Origin: Monocercomonoides exilis PA203
Lineage: Eukaryota; Protista; Preaxostyla
NCBI GenBank assembly: GCA_001643675.2
Contig: LSRY02000009.1
Coordinates: 1,893,335-1,957,334 of the forward strand
Direction of reading: 5' to 3'
DNA: 64,000 bases
Part shown: piece by piece, positions 39,193-53,530 of the stretch
Layout of the letters: each line of letters opens with the position of its first letter
Numbering within the stretch: position 1 is the first letter of the stretch
Notes under the pieces: generated by a model
Database searches by the model: none
Seen by the model: only the letters and a program-made list of their open reading frames with translations
Told to the model about the DNA's origin: nothing
Position numbers and translations under genes: made by a program

Positions 39193-42100
39193 AAATACAT
39201 CGTGTATCTCACTGGAGGGTCTTCTCAGCCCATCTGCAGCGTGGTGGATGCCCAGAGGTGTCTTTTCTTTTCGGTCATGATCATCTCCTTTAATAATATT
39301 CTCAACCACCCAAAGTCGTATTTGAGGTTTATCTCATCAACACCAGGCACAGGAGGGATATGGGGCAGAAAAGAGATGGAAGAATATTATTTGTAGCAGG
39401 GGGTGGGAGTTGAGAGTTTTTTGTAATGTTAATATTTCGAAAGGGGTTTTTGAATGAAAGAAATTCTGAGACAAAAAGGTGGGGAAGGAACAGGTGGAGA
39501 TTTGGAGAAAAATATATAGTAAATAGGCAGAGAAGTGGTTGGGGATGGTGAGGAAGATATTTGAGACAAATTGGAGAAATGGATTTTGAAGAGAAGGAAA
39601 AGAGGGTAAAAGCGGGAAAGAAGAGGAATATTCTGAAGTGTTTGATTGAACGAGGGGTATTTTTTATGAGGGGAGAATATATTTTGGAAGAGAATGAAAA
39701 AGATGAAGAAAAAGAAGGGAATTAATATTTTCTGTGATTTTGAGAGCTGAATAGAAGATGGAAATGAAAAAGAAATTGTAAGATATTTTCATTTTCAATT
39801 TCTAAAAGAAAAGACTGGGAAATCACAGAAAGAGTACAAATGACTTTGAGGGAATCCGTTTTCATTGATTGATAACAGAACATCAGCCACAATATTTGCA
39901 ATTTGGGTTTTTGTCTATTTGCGCAATTAACTTGTTTTATATATCGTTGCATCAATCGCCAACATCATTTAAAACTTATCAACTTCTTCACAAAATTCAT
40001 TGGATTATAAATGGATTTCTCTGTTATCACAAACATTCACATTCTTTACCTTCTTCTAAGATGCCTCCTCTCATTAGACGGGGAATCATCCTATTGACCT
40101 TCATACGCATATTATCTATTCAATCTGCAGCTTGATTTCATCCACCAAAAATTATTTAATTCGATTTCCTTGATCTCAACTGCAACATCATCGTTGTCGA
40201 CACATTCTGTGAGATTGCTGGATGTGCATCTGAACTGCTTTTATTTTCCACTGTGGAGCATCCCACTCTGCTTTGGCACTTAGTTCGGCTTAAGCGCTCC
40301 GGATGTGCTGAACGGAGTGAATGAGGCGAATTGGCATTTCTTGAGAATAAGAGCGGAAAGGAGGAGCTGCAACGCACGTTGAGCTCATTCACTCTTTCAG
40401 TGACACCACCAAGAAGTGAAGAGAGAGGAGGACTTGTTAAAATTGAAGAGGCAAAGAATGTGGATTTCAGAAGCAAGTTAAGCGTGGAGACGATGAAAGG
40501 GAGACAGCAGGAAGAGCCAAAGGCGAAGACGAAGACGAAGACGAAGGAGAAAGATGAATTTTCCACATCGGAAATTGAATCTTTCAACACAAGACTTGCA
40601 CAGACATCAACAGAAAGAAGGGAAAGGGAGGGAAAAGGGAAGAGAAGAAGGAGGTGAAGAAAATGAAGATGAACAACAGCAGAAATTTTGCTTATTCCAC
40701 AGCACACTCTCATCGGCTCAGTTGTGCACTCAAATCAGCGCAGCCTCCTCAACAATTGCTTCCTCTTCTTTATCTCGCTTGCACCACATCCAATCATCTG
40801 CCCCTTCTGTTCTTGTTGGCACTCCGCCTAAGCCCCTAATACAGTTATCTCCCGCCACAGACTCCTCTTTACTCACACAAAAGTCGTTATGAAAGATCTG
40901 CACAAGCTTTGTCACTCTATTGGTTGTTCCATTTTTAACTTTTTTTATTCTTCTTCTACTTCTTCTTCTCAGTTGGAAAACATTTAACTCATCTTTATAT
41001 CTTCTTTGATGCTGATTTTCCAAATGATATTTCAATGACTTATTCTTCTTCTTAAATTAACAAAACTTGTTATAATTTATAATCACCAATTCGTGGCCAC
41101 CATTCTCCTGAGATCATTCCTCAACGCAGTCAGAGATAGAAATATCACAATAAAGTTTACGAGGATTGCGAAACTGACGGATGAAGTGTTACGATATAAA
41201 AAATGAAGAAGAAGTTGAAGAGGAGGAGAAGGAGGAGGAAAGAGAGGAAGAGGAAGATGAAGAAGAGGAAGAAAAGGAGAGCGTAACAAATGAGCTCAAA
41301 AGGAAGAAGAAGAGAAATGATGTTCATGAACAGATTCTCCTCACATGCAAGGATATCAAACAATTTTGTCACAACTGCCTTCTCTCCTCTCCTTTGCTGC
41401 TGACTCCACAAATTACCTCAGCACCAATGCTATACCACACCGATTCCGCAATCACGCGCGCTGCCCACAGCTTGATGAACACATGCAGCCTCCCGCTCTA
41501 ACAGAAGGCAGCGCAAAACAACCACTGAGCAACACTATCCAGCGAGCACAGCAAAGTTGCTATATCTGACTCATTGAGCGAACTCCTCAACATAAGAATG
41601 ATTTTCTTCTTTCAGAATCATATTTGAAAGAGGGTTATATCATTTCCTCATCCATTTGTATCTTCTCCTTCATTCCCTTCCTCTTCTTCTTCTCCCAAGC
41701 CGCAACTTATTTAACAATCTTAACTCTTGCTGATACACAGCGCTCACAGAACAACAAATTTAAAAGAACTTATAGACTTCTCAGAAAGCTTCGATGAAGC
41801 GCTGCTAAACGACTCTGAGAGCGAGCATGGGAGAGAGCAGTGGGATCAGAATGGAAAGGGAAAAGTATTCAGAACGTGTCAAACTCCACAAGGGAGGGAA
41901 GAACTGGGCATTCCATTGTTTAATTGCTGCTGATGCCGAGAGCCGAAGGAAGAGAGAGATAAAGTGGCATGCTTGGAGAAGAAGGGAAGGAAAACAATTT
42001 TGTTCCTTGAAATGGGTGGCTTGTGGAGTGAAAGATACAGTTCCCATATGGAGAGATGAAAGAAATGATGAAGAGAGAGTGAAATGAAGGGGAAGCAAAA

Positions 42101-43819
42101 ACGAAAGAAAAGGATGATCAAGAGAAAGAGGAAGATGATGAAAAGGGGGAAGAAATAGAGTGAACAAAAAACAAATGGTGGTTGAGGGGAATTCAATGTT
42201 GATTTCTGCACAGAGCAACAAGAGCAGGAACTTTGGAAAAATACGCAGTTAACGAAAGGAGAACAAGATGAATATGGTGAAATGCAGAAAGAGAGAAAAT
42301 ATTGACAAAAAGAGGAAAGATTTAGAAGAAGGAGGAGAGGAAGCTGCATTGAAAAAATGTGAAAGAGTTTAAAGAAAATTCGCGAAGAGAAAAACAATTA
42401 GCCAAAAGACTTTTGAATTGACAGGAAAACGGAAAGAATTACAAAAGAACGGACGATGTTAGAAGAGAAACAAGTTTTTGAAAAAGCAAGAAGATTAAGA
42501 GCACCAGCGGTGGAATTATCGGAGCAAGAAGTTTATATGAGGTTGCGAAGATACAGAAATGCAGAAGAAAAACGAGCTTTTGATGAGAGACTATTTGATG
42601 CTTGTTGTGTTGTTATGAAAGTGCATGAAGTGGTAAAAAGAACAAAAGATATCCGAAAGCCGAAAGAACAACGTATTCATTGATCTACGAGAAGATGCTG
42701 CAAATGGCGAGGAATTCAAGCCGAGAGCAGAGGCTGAAACAATGCTTGTTTTGAAAGCACAACGTTATCAGACAATGATTCTAGAGTGAAAGAGGAAGAA
42801 GACTGAAGGGCTTTGGGAGAAGAGAGAAGAAGACTTGAATGACAGTGGAATAGAGGTGGAAGAGCAAATGAGTTTGTATAAATTAATGAATTCTACTTTT
42901 TCAGCCGTCGAAGAAATCGTTGTTTCGCATGGTTTGAATGGGAAATTTCTGTTTTCTGTAAAATAAAAATGCAAAATGCTTTGTATTCACAACATTCACA
43001 AGATTTCTATTCTTTTCAAACATATTCTTCACCTTCTTCATTTTCGTCGTTCGTCTTCGTCTTCTTCTTCTTCCTCCTCCTCCTCCTCTTCTTCTTCTTC
43101 TTCGATTAGAAACAAAAAATGTTTTTGTATTCGTTTAATTCAACTTTCGTCAAATTCAGGGCCAATCTTCATTTTTTATTTTCTTTTCTGAAGCACAAAA
43201 CGTATGTTTATTCTGTCATTGAATATTTGTATAAATCATATGTCAATGGAAGTGATTCATTTTAAAACCAAGAATAGCCGACCATCAGGCATACAACAAA
43301 AAATGAAGATTGCCTCTTAATTTTTTCATTTGGAAGATGAAAGAATTACAATAAGAAGAAAGAACAAGAATGGAAAAGATTTCTTTGAACAAACAGTTGC
43401 TAGGATGGTTTTCGAGAGATTTCGCAAGGCCACATGCCTTCAAAAAGTCGCAGAAGATGAAACAATGAGGGAAAGCGATTTCTAGGAAATTCTTATTTAA
43501 AGAAAAATTCAATGAAAGAAGAGAATAAATGCCCGACAAGCAATGCTGATTTCATCAAATGCACATATGAGATGTTTTCTTCTATTTTGTGTGCCTTCTC
43601 TTCATATATCTTCGACTTTGCCTTCTTTTGCACATAAATTCACCGACAAGTCAGCTGATGAAATGATTTCTGCCTTATGATCTGCACCTTCTTCAGAAGA
43701 CACATCGCGTTTTGTGTCCTCTTGCAGGACATCTTTGATAGCCAGCAATTCATTGCTTTGATGTCAAGATGATCATTCACATATTCATTGTCAGCTGTAT
43801 GCCCGTTGATAAAGATTTA

Positions 43820-44300
43820 TTAATCGACATTCCAATCACCGAATGCTTCTGTTCTGTCATGTCCAACAACCGAATTGTCTTTCTGAGTGATGTTTCCCAT
43901 GAAGACAAACAAGGGTTCCTTCACAGAAGCGACAAATGATTCACACACAAAATACACATCTCTTCCGACACTGGCCTTGTTGGCTGAAAACACGATATTG
44001 GTGATGGAAAAGGTTGTGGTTGACACTTCTGAATCATCCTTGTACTCAACCATGAGAGCACCGCCTCTTCCTCCAGAACTTGTATTCTCACTCACAGAGC
44101 AGGTGGAGAAGGTTGTGTCACTCACAGAAAACGTATTGGCAGGGGCAGATGAGGAGAATAAGAAGCACGCGCCGTTGGAAGCAGTCAGTTGGTTTTGTTG
44201 TTCTGAGACGATGATGCCAATTGTGCAATCGGAGAAAAAAAGAGATTTGAAGAAGCAGATATTGAGATTGTTGAGGATGGGCGAGCCGTTGAAGATGCAA
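43820..44300 (-). pseudogene. Fragment of a beta-helix surface protein family gene
   Basis: TFSTCSVSE..GGRGGAL and FSANKASVGRDVYFVC motifs; isolated and truncated at both ends. Confidence 0.55.
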
Positions 44301-45642
44301 GGTTAATGAAAATGAGATTGATTGAACATTTCAAAATTTTGATTAATGGAAGAAGAAATTGAAAGAAAAGTTCGAGTTGGATAATGAATTTGAGAAAAGA
44401 AAAAAGAACTGTCAAAACAAAGAAAAGTATTCGGATAAAACGAGGATAAATTAGAACAAAGAAATAACAAACAGTGATAAATGATAAAATACAGAAGAAA
44501 TCATAAGATTTGAAAAAATAATTAAAGAAGAAATGTGAGCAGAAAATGATGGAGAAAGAAAAAAACAAGAAAAGGAAGCGAGAAAAGGAATTCCGTTTGA
44601 AGAATTTAGAGAGAAAAGATGAGACAGAGGTAGTTGTGACATCTGCTTATAATTCCTCAACATTTCATAATTCGTTTGCAGAAATCGTTGAGCCACATAG
44701 CTGGACTGAGATTTGGAGAAGATGTTTAGTCTTACAAAAATTTTGACAGCCTATTGTTTGAACTTTAACAAATTTTAATTTTTATCATTTATAAAGAACA
44801 TTTTCCAATCTTTTTGATATAGTTTTTCACATATTAGAATTGTTTATCTAGTTTGGAAATAGTTATTATCCTTTTGAAGTTTGGCTTTCAAATTTTTTGA
44901 TCCGAATTTTTTTTTCCAAAAAAATCACACATATGGTGATGCTAATTGAAAGTTGACCTATAACTGTATATATACTCTCTGAATTTAAAAATTTACTGTT
45001 TTTTTAAAATGAGCCAGGCTCAATTTATATATTTTGAATTTTGTCTCTTTATCATTTCAAAAAGATTTGCTTCAACAATAAAATATTAACTTATTAATTA
45101 AATTAGCAAACAATATTAAGATATCTCGCGGAGATCAAAAAAAAAACAACAAAGATTGAAAAGGGACATGATGATATATAAATATAAATAAAATCCGAAA
45201 CTTCAAATGCAACAAATAATGATTCAAAAATCACATTGTAAAGAAATAAATGGTTGTTTCAATTATTAGTTAATCATTATCATTTGAACATCCTTGAACA
45301 TCCAAAGAATAGAATAATGCAGAATTAATTTGTAAGCAAAGATAACACTTTCAAAAAACAAATAAATAAAGCAAAATAAAGCAAAATAAAGCAAAATATA
45401 GCAATAAATACCATTCGTCATTTTTAAACCAACATATAACCAACAGATGATCACAACAAAATAAAGAAAAAATATCTCATCAAAACATTGGAATACACAT
45501 ATAAAAATTCGGTCATACAAACCTATTTCGAATAAAAATGAACTTTAAAAAAAAAAGAAAATTATTCGAAGTGGTATAATCACAACGAATTTAACATATC
45601 CTCCAAAATAAGCAAATCCCAGATAAATAAATATTACCACAG

Positions 45643-47920
45643 TTAAACTTTGTACTTCCTTCGTCTTTTGACAAAAACAATGGCCAAAACAGATCCCCCA
45701 ATTATTGCCATACCTCCCACACTTCCTCCAACTATACCTCCAACTTCTGCCTTGCTTAACTTTTTTGGGGAATCTTCTGTTTTCGGATCGTCATTCAAGC
45801 CACAAACCATATTCTTTGACACATACTCCTTCAGAGCATCTCTGGAAAAAGCTTTGTGTACTGTGACTAAGTACTTATTTGGTACTGTTTTGTTTAGTGC
45901 TTTGAACGCAACACTCATTGAATATTCGTTGGAGATAAGATCATATTTCTGGTTCTTTTTCACTTCTGTAATGTTTGTGAATGCAAAATATTCTTTAAAT
46001 GGGGTTGTTTTGGACAATTTTCGCTTTCCCTCTTTCACTTTATTTGCACCATTCTGAAGCATCGTCTGATGATTTTGCTCATATTCACTTCTTTCAAAAG
46101 GCTCATCAAACAGCTCATTCATATAAAGCCGGCTCTGCTTCAAAATATGCTCTTTGCTGAGTGCTATCGGAATCGCATTCGGATCCACTGCTTTGTCAAC
46201 TTCTCCTTCCATCAGCTTTTCCAAATCTTCTCCATCTACATCATAGATCGCAGAGAATTTGTTTTCAAACGGATCGACAGCTGCGATATCCTCGAATAAA
46301 ACCTCTTCCTCATACAAATGGTTGCGGATAAACCCTTTGTTTACGAAATAGATGGCTTCGTTCTCGTTGTTGTGCATTGATGAAGAAGAAGATGAAGCAA
46401 CAGTCGCAGAAGCAGAAAAGGAAAAAGAATTTTCCACCTCACACTGAAGACTACCCACTTTTTCTCTCGTTTGTTTTAATACAGTAGAATCTCTATTATT
46501 CTTGAAAGGCGACATTTGAGGGTAAATCTCATCCACATACAACTTGTAAAGGCTGTTCTCTTCTTTGCATTCGAATGAGCCGTTCCAGAATTTCTTTGAG
46601 CAGCCAACTTTATCTCCCAAATGCAGCTCTTCAGCCTTCGCAGCAATCAAAATTTTGATGTCTTGCCCGCTTGAAGTGATAAAGTTTGTGTCGTTCTTAT
46701 TCGTCTCTTTCTGGAAACTACATCGCGAAGTGTTAATATAGCGAATTTGAGGGGAATGGATGATCGAATACGCTTCGTCTGCTTGAGACTCAGAAATGCC
46801 TGAAAACGAAGAGGTGCTAGATGCTGAGCTTTGTGGAAGTTTTTCCATCTTAAATGTTAGAACCCCAACCTTATGAAAATAGAAGCCACTTTCCATCTTC
46901 ACAAGCTTTGCTTCTGTTGAGTTGTACAATATATGATCGTGCCCGCCAAGGAGAATAATGGGGATATTACCTTGTGTCTTTTCTTTCAGAGCAGGCAATA
47001 TTTTAACCTTCCATTCGTCTTCTTCTGGTTTTTTAATATTTTCAGGAATAAGGTGGGCAACACAGACAATCAGACGTAAATTTTGTAGGCTAAACGCTTC
47101 TTGAACCCAATCTTCGTTAGAGTTTAGCACTTCGTTGAAAGGCGTAATTGTAGAATGATTGCCATGACCAGGAAAATCAAAAATGAACCCAAGAACAGTT
47201 ATATTTCCAAAGCCTTCTAATGAATAGGATTTATATTTCCTTGACATTTGTATTTGTTCGTCAATATGCTTCACGTTTCCGCAAATGTATCTGTAAAAGC
47301 ATGTTGACGTAAATACTTATTTGTTAAAAAATTTCCAAAAATCTAAAAAGATTCAAACTTTTCACCTAAAAATGTTGATACATTTTTACCAATATAATCT
47401 ATCAATTTGTTATCATAGAGTTCATGATTTCCCATTGTCATAGCGTCAATTGACATTTTACTTGCAACTTCAAACATAAATGCCCCAGGAGGATTTGTTA
47501 AGTCACTAAAACCAGTTCCCTCAAATGTTATATAAAAGAACAGATTAAAAAATAAATATTCACAGCATAAACAACACAAAAAAGGATCACGAATGCTTCA
47601 AATCTAAATTCGAAATAACATACTTGAGTCCAATCTCCAGAGTCAAAAACAAACAATTTTTCATTTTCTTTTTGATTCGTTTTCAAATGTTCAATGAGAC
47701 TCTGATAATCACCCAAATCTGCATCTCTCTCTTCTTGATGTCTGTCTCCGTTTATCCATCCATGAACTACAAATAATTTATCAATGGTTAATATATAATT
47801 TAAATTTAATTATTTAATCAGCACGCCATCATTGGTATGCAAAAACGTAAAAGAAATATATTCTTCACATTTAATTAGCTCAATCAAATATAAAGCAATT
47901 ATATGAACTAAATAAATCAT
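45643..47920 (-). CDS. Membrane-anchored 5'-nucleotidase-like calcineurin-type metallophosphoesterase (4 exons)
   Basis: Exons 47827-47920, 47624-47766, 47359-47519 and 45643-47290 splice in frame to give FLHTNDVHGW, DSGDWTQGTG, MGNHE, VAH and GGHDH. There is an N-terminal hydrophobic signal and a C-terminal TM helix followed by KRRRK. Confidence 0.9.
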
Positions 47921-48420
47921 TTTCAATAAATATAAAAACAGCTTTATGATCTAGATCAATAAACATATATAACTTGTAAAAAAGAATTTTTTGTGCAAGT
48001 TAAGTGTAATGTACTGCAGCAAAGCTTGTTTATAATCACTGAACAATAACCTTGGGTGACGTTCTGACTTCTGATGTGAAGTTTTCGATTTTTGACGGAC
48101 GTGATAAAATTTTCCACGTCACAAAGCAAAACCAACATATTTGTTTCATTGCTTCATTATAATAAATAATTTCAAATTAAAAAATTTTTGAAAATTGTGA
48201 AAATCAAATACACCATAATGAATTTTTCACTGGCGTGAAAGCGGCAATGGGATTTTTGACACGTCACTGAAGTCACTGACGTCATCGACTTCACTTCCTG
48301 TCAGCTATTTGTGTGATTCTTTTTGATATCATAATTTTTTACAAGGTTTGATCTAGGCCTTTGCGACATGGAAATTTTTAGCGATGCGTGTCGGTCGAAG
48401 AACTCGGCCTGTGTCGAGTG

Positions 48421-48422
<2 letters not shown>

Positions 48423-48454
<32 letters not shown>
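48423..48454. repeat. (ATT)n microsatellite
   Basis: Read directly from the sequence. Confidence 0.85.
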
Positions 48455-48457
<3 letters not shown>

Positions 48458-51400
48458 AAATATTTATAAACTTTTTTATTTTTATTACTCTTTTATTTTT
48501 TCAAAATAAGTTATTATTTGTGATTAACAAAGAATTTTTATCTTTTTGCGTTTTTGACAAATCGCTATGCCCAATTTTGAATGGAATATTTATTTAATAC
48601 TCATTTTTCTTGAACGAGAAATAAAGTTTTTCTTTTTCAAAATCATCTTTTCTCTGAAACGTCATCAATCAATTTTTTTAACGTTTCAACTTTTCGTTAG
48701 TAATTCTGAAATTTTCATTGGAAGATGAAACAATAATTCACAAAAATCATATTCAAACACAAAGCATAATTCAAATTCAAATTCAAAAACAATAATTAGA
48801 TCTTTAAGAGCATTGAGATTCAGCTCAGATTATTTGGAAAATATTAAATAAAGGATTATAAATCAGCGATGTGTGAATATGTTTCGAGTCATCTGTTCCT
48901 GAACTTCTCCAGCATTAAATGACCAATCTGAAGACCGACCAACTGAAGTAATTTTGCTTCCAACGATGGAACTTTATTTATTCGTGGCATAGGCATTTGG
49001 AAGATGACAAGCAAATGCAGGTTTGATGAAAAATGTTCAGCTTTTTCAATGAAGAAGACAAAATAAAAATGGCTGGATTGCATTTGTTGCAGGAAAAGAT
49101 GTTGAAGCGACAAACAGAAGTTATTGCATCAATTATTTGTTCCAACTGAAAGAAAACGAGGCAGCAAAGGTGGTGAACATAAAATAGTTCGAGTCATATG
49201 GAGAGAAGCAAAGCAGGACAGCTGTGGCTTTTTGTGTTAAACAGAATTTCTGTTTTGAAGCTTGTGTGCTTCAAATTGTATCTTATTGCTCTTTGATGAG
49301 AAGATAGTCAGCAAAAGAAAAGATGGTTTGAACCGATTGGATACAGTGAATTGAGAGGGATGCATCTGATTAGACAATTCATCGGTAGATGGGAGAGGTG
49401 AGCGTTCACTGAAACGAGGCGAAAGCGGAGCACTGGTATAACATGAATTGGAGAAAGCATATGAACTTTGAGTGCTGTTCCGAGAAGCAGATGTTCCTTT
49501 TGCACCTCTGGTCTGTACTTCCAATTGAGAACCTTCTTCAGCTTGGTTGCCTTCTCTGCTGCATGTTGAAAATGGAATTTCGAACAGAACAATTAATCCT
49601 CCTTTCCCCTTCAGTCGAGTTCCGAGTCCTGTTAGCATCCGTGATTGAGAGAATAACAAAAGCGGGAGGTGGCCATTCAAAAAGAGTGTGAAGATGGTGT
49701 TTCGAAAGAAAAAATGAAGGCAGTAAGAGGCAGGTCGTAAAGCATTTTGCTCCTTTTTCGCATGTAAATCTGAATGTGTCTGTGTTCAGTGAAATCAACA
49801 TTTGTTTTGATGTCGGAGAAAATGATAAAGATGAAGGAAGAGAGTCATATGGAAACATTGTGGATGAAAGCGCCGAAAATGATGCAGATAAAGCATATAT
49901 AATTCCAAATGTGTTCAACAGTATTTTTTCTTCCGTCTGATGTTGCGAACCAGAAGCCTTCTGGTGTGGTAAAAAAATCGAGGAGATGCACTTCATCAAA
50001 TACAAAGAATCGAGTTCGTCTTGTTGAAAAGGCTCCTCTTTCTGCCTAATTCGTTCTCTTCAAACGGAAGAATGCTCTTGGCTTTTCCCGCTGAGCAATA
50101 GATCGCCTTTGTTGTCTTCGTTGCCTCTTTCGATTCGTCTGCTTCATCAGCTTCCGCTCCTCTGCTTCTGTTCAGTTTCCACTAAGAACTCGTGAATCTT
50201 TATTTCCTTCTGTTCCGTCTTTTTCTTTTTTTTCCTCACCTCTTCTTTCTTCTCTAAATGCTTTCATCATGTGATTTAACATTTATTCTCCAACCGCTGT
50301 CTATGTTTCGCAGCACAATCACTCGGGTTGTCAATGGAATTGTTGGCATTGAATGAGTTCTGAATTATTTATCAGTTTTATTTCACTTGTGCTTGCGATG
50401 TGAGATGATGAAAAGAATATACGCTTTGTAACTCATGTTGAACGAATGAACATCCAACTGTAAGCGAGAGGATTGGGGCAGAAGAAGAAAAAGGAGGAAT
50501 AGTCTGTGAATAACACACTGCATTTTGCCTATTCTTTAAAAAGAAGGAGCTTTCTGAACTTTCTCATTCTGCTCACCCATCAGTCTTTGTGGAAGCAGAC
50601 TTTGCTCCCTCTATATCTCCTCCTGAGAGTTTCTATGAATAAACGACGATTCCAAAATGATGCCTGTGGAAGTTACAAACATTCACCAAATCAATAGATG
50701 TGTTCATTTGCGACTCAATGGAGGACTTGAACAGCAACTTGGGATCTTCACAGAAGTGTATTTTGCGCCACCAGACGAAGATGAATATTTTCTGTGAGTT
50801 CAACGGCAAGATCACATGCTTTTCCTTTTGGAAATCTAACGCAGAATGGAAAATATGATGGACGTCTCTCAAGGCGGCACCAGTGTAACAGTGTGTGAAA
50901 AACACTATCTCATCGTAAGCATCACTAATAATCCTTCTCTCATTCTGATCGACACACATGCAGAATAGAAATCAAACACTGGAATACGTAATGAAACTCC
51001 CTTGCCTTTCTGCTGCGTTTCACATATTTATCACGTAGCTGCAGTAGATAACAATGAGCTTGTTGAAGAAGGGTATGTTAAAGATGGAGATGATATGTAA
51101 TTGATGGCTTTGTGTATTGCCGTTAGAGAGATCGATGTCTCATCTCACAAATATTTGCTTGCTTCACATTGCGATCTCATTTTGTCTCTTCTTCAGCTTT
51201 TTTTTTCATCGCAATCAGTCTCCTTCATCGCTTCAACATTTTCTTTCTTTCTTTCTTTTTCTCTTTTCTTTTCCATAAACATCCATCTTATTTCCTTCTT
51301 CGACCTTTTCCTAAATAAGATGCATTTGCAATATTTGCTCATATGTTTCTGCTTTTCTTTTCTTCATTCTCGTCTTCATCTTTCGATGAATTAACTGTTT

Positions 51401-53444
51401 TGTCTCTTTCGCCTATTGACTGCCTGATGTGTGCAACCACTTCCAGTGCGTAAATTGACCTTCTTTTCATAATGGGATTTCGAGAGGCTGTGGTCAAACA
51501 TTGTATCTTTCCATTCATCACACCGAAGTGATGGCTTATGAATGGAAGCTCATCGACTCGTCGACTTCTATTCGATGGACTTTCAGACGAGGACAAGGAA
51601 GGCTTTTGTAGAGGAAAGAAGAAGATGAAGGAGAAGAACGGTGAGTGAAAAGATACAAATGATGGATGAGGTTCTGAATAAAAGAAGTGAAGTTTGTTTC
51701 AAGCCGAATTCTTGAGAGAAAATGTTGATATTGAAGAATTTGAAGCATATGCAGTATTTGAAGAAGAAGAAAAGGAAGAAGATAAAGATAAGGATGAAGA
51801 TAAAGAAGCAGATAAACGATGTTAGACAGAAGTTAATACAGTTCCAGAATCTATCCTTTTTGCAGTCTTCTGCAGAATCGTCTGCTGAGCTGGTATTTGA
51901 TTTTGAAACAAAAAGCTTTCTGCCTCTTTTGAAGTCATCCATTTGCGTGAGTGGAACATGAGGTAGCAGTCAATAAACTTTGCTTTGCAGAATAGCAGCA
52001 GCTCACTTTTTTTTGTAGGCTCTTTAGCATTTCACTGGAGCAAATCCCAGGCTACGAAGAGAGAAGAGACGGATTCATAACATCATAATACAGCCTCATG
52101 CGTATTTGCAGTGAAAAGTGCGAATAGACAATCATTTATGTGGTTTTGGGCTTCATAACTGGATCAAAGATGTGTACACACAAACAAACCGCAAAAATCA
52201 ATGTGACTGCTCATCTGCTGCTCATCGCCTTTGCTCCCCAGTTGGTTCGGCAGCACTCTCCCTCACTTCCTGAATCAGCTGTAATATCTCGTTGTTTATC
52301 TTAAAGGAAAACAGAACCTGCCGTGTTGTCAGATCAAACTCCATCATCTCCTTTTCCCTTGAATATATCTACTATCAAATAGCACAGCCCTGCATGGCTT
52401 CTACAAATTGTGAGAAGTGAGATGCTTGGAATGAAACCCGTATCTCTGCTCCTTTTGTGAAGGATACAGCAGAGTGATAATTGTTCAGATACGCAGATGG
52501 ATTAACCTTTGATCCGAATTTCTCTTGCTTCATTTATGGGAGAAAAAATAAAAAAATAAAGAAGAAAAAGAAAATTGAGCACTTTGAGCTGAATAAGACG
52601 AAGTCAGACTTCTTTTCGCAGGTGGTATCTGAATGAAATCAAGTTTAATATCCATGTTTAAATTCCTTGCCGTGTATGTGCAAGTGCTTGTGCTAAATTG
52701 TGGGCGAATTCTTTTATTGAAGAAATAGATGGACCGCAGCTGATTCCTATCCATTTCAAAGTCTTTTGAAGCTTCAGCAATGGATCTTCTTGTTCAGCAC
52801 ACAAATCATTTCAATGGCACAGATACTTTATGAACGCACAATTCATCATTTTCTTCTTCAATGAATATGTAAATTTCCTTATCTTCTTCAAAATTTTATT
52901 AATTTCTTTTTCTTTTTCTTTCTTCCGTAAAAAAAATAATGAATTGTGATCATTTTCATATTATCGCTTCTTCTTGTAATTTCCATTTGAATGAGTCTCT
53001 TTTCCTTTTGAAATCGTAATTAAATTATTCATATTATCACAATAAATATCAAAATATCTTCACAAGCATTGACAACTTGTCAAATATCTATATCCTGCCC
53101 TTCGTATTCAAACAAAAAAGCAAAGATATTAGTTAAACCTTCAACATATCTTTTCAAGCTGTTTCCAGGAATATTGTGTTTTAAAACAAAATAAAAAAAA
53201 TATAATTATGGATTCAATTCAATTTCTTTTGAAAGATTGCAATTATTTGAATATTAATATCCATAAACAGAAAAAGTGTGAAACAAAATGTGTCATCAAA
53301 CGAATGAAAATATCGAAAAATATATCAAAAACACAAATTCTATCTCTGTCATATTTTAATGAATGTTTCTTATTATTTTCTTTGAATAGAGTGAATAAAA
53401 AAACAATGTTTGAAAGACAAAACGATTTCAAAATAGAACAATCG

Positions 53445-53530
53445 TTCGACAGATTGATCTTTTCTACCGACTGATCTTTCGACCGACTGATCTTTGTCGT
53501 TCGACTGATCTCGACAAAGATCTGTCGATA
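53445..53530. repeat. Subterminal repeat cluster of the hAT-type element
   Basis: Four (C)GAC/TGATCT-type units about 17-20 bp apart. Confidence 0.7.

Noticed and set aside
40150-42980. Fragmented charged-residue ORFs
   Set aside because: Probably pseudogene debris; no recognisable domain or consistent gene model.
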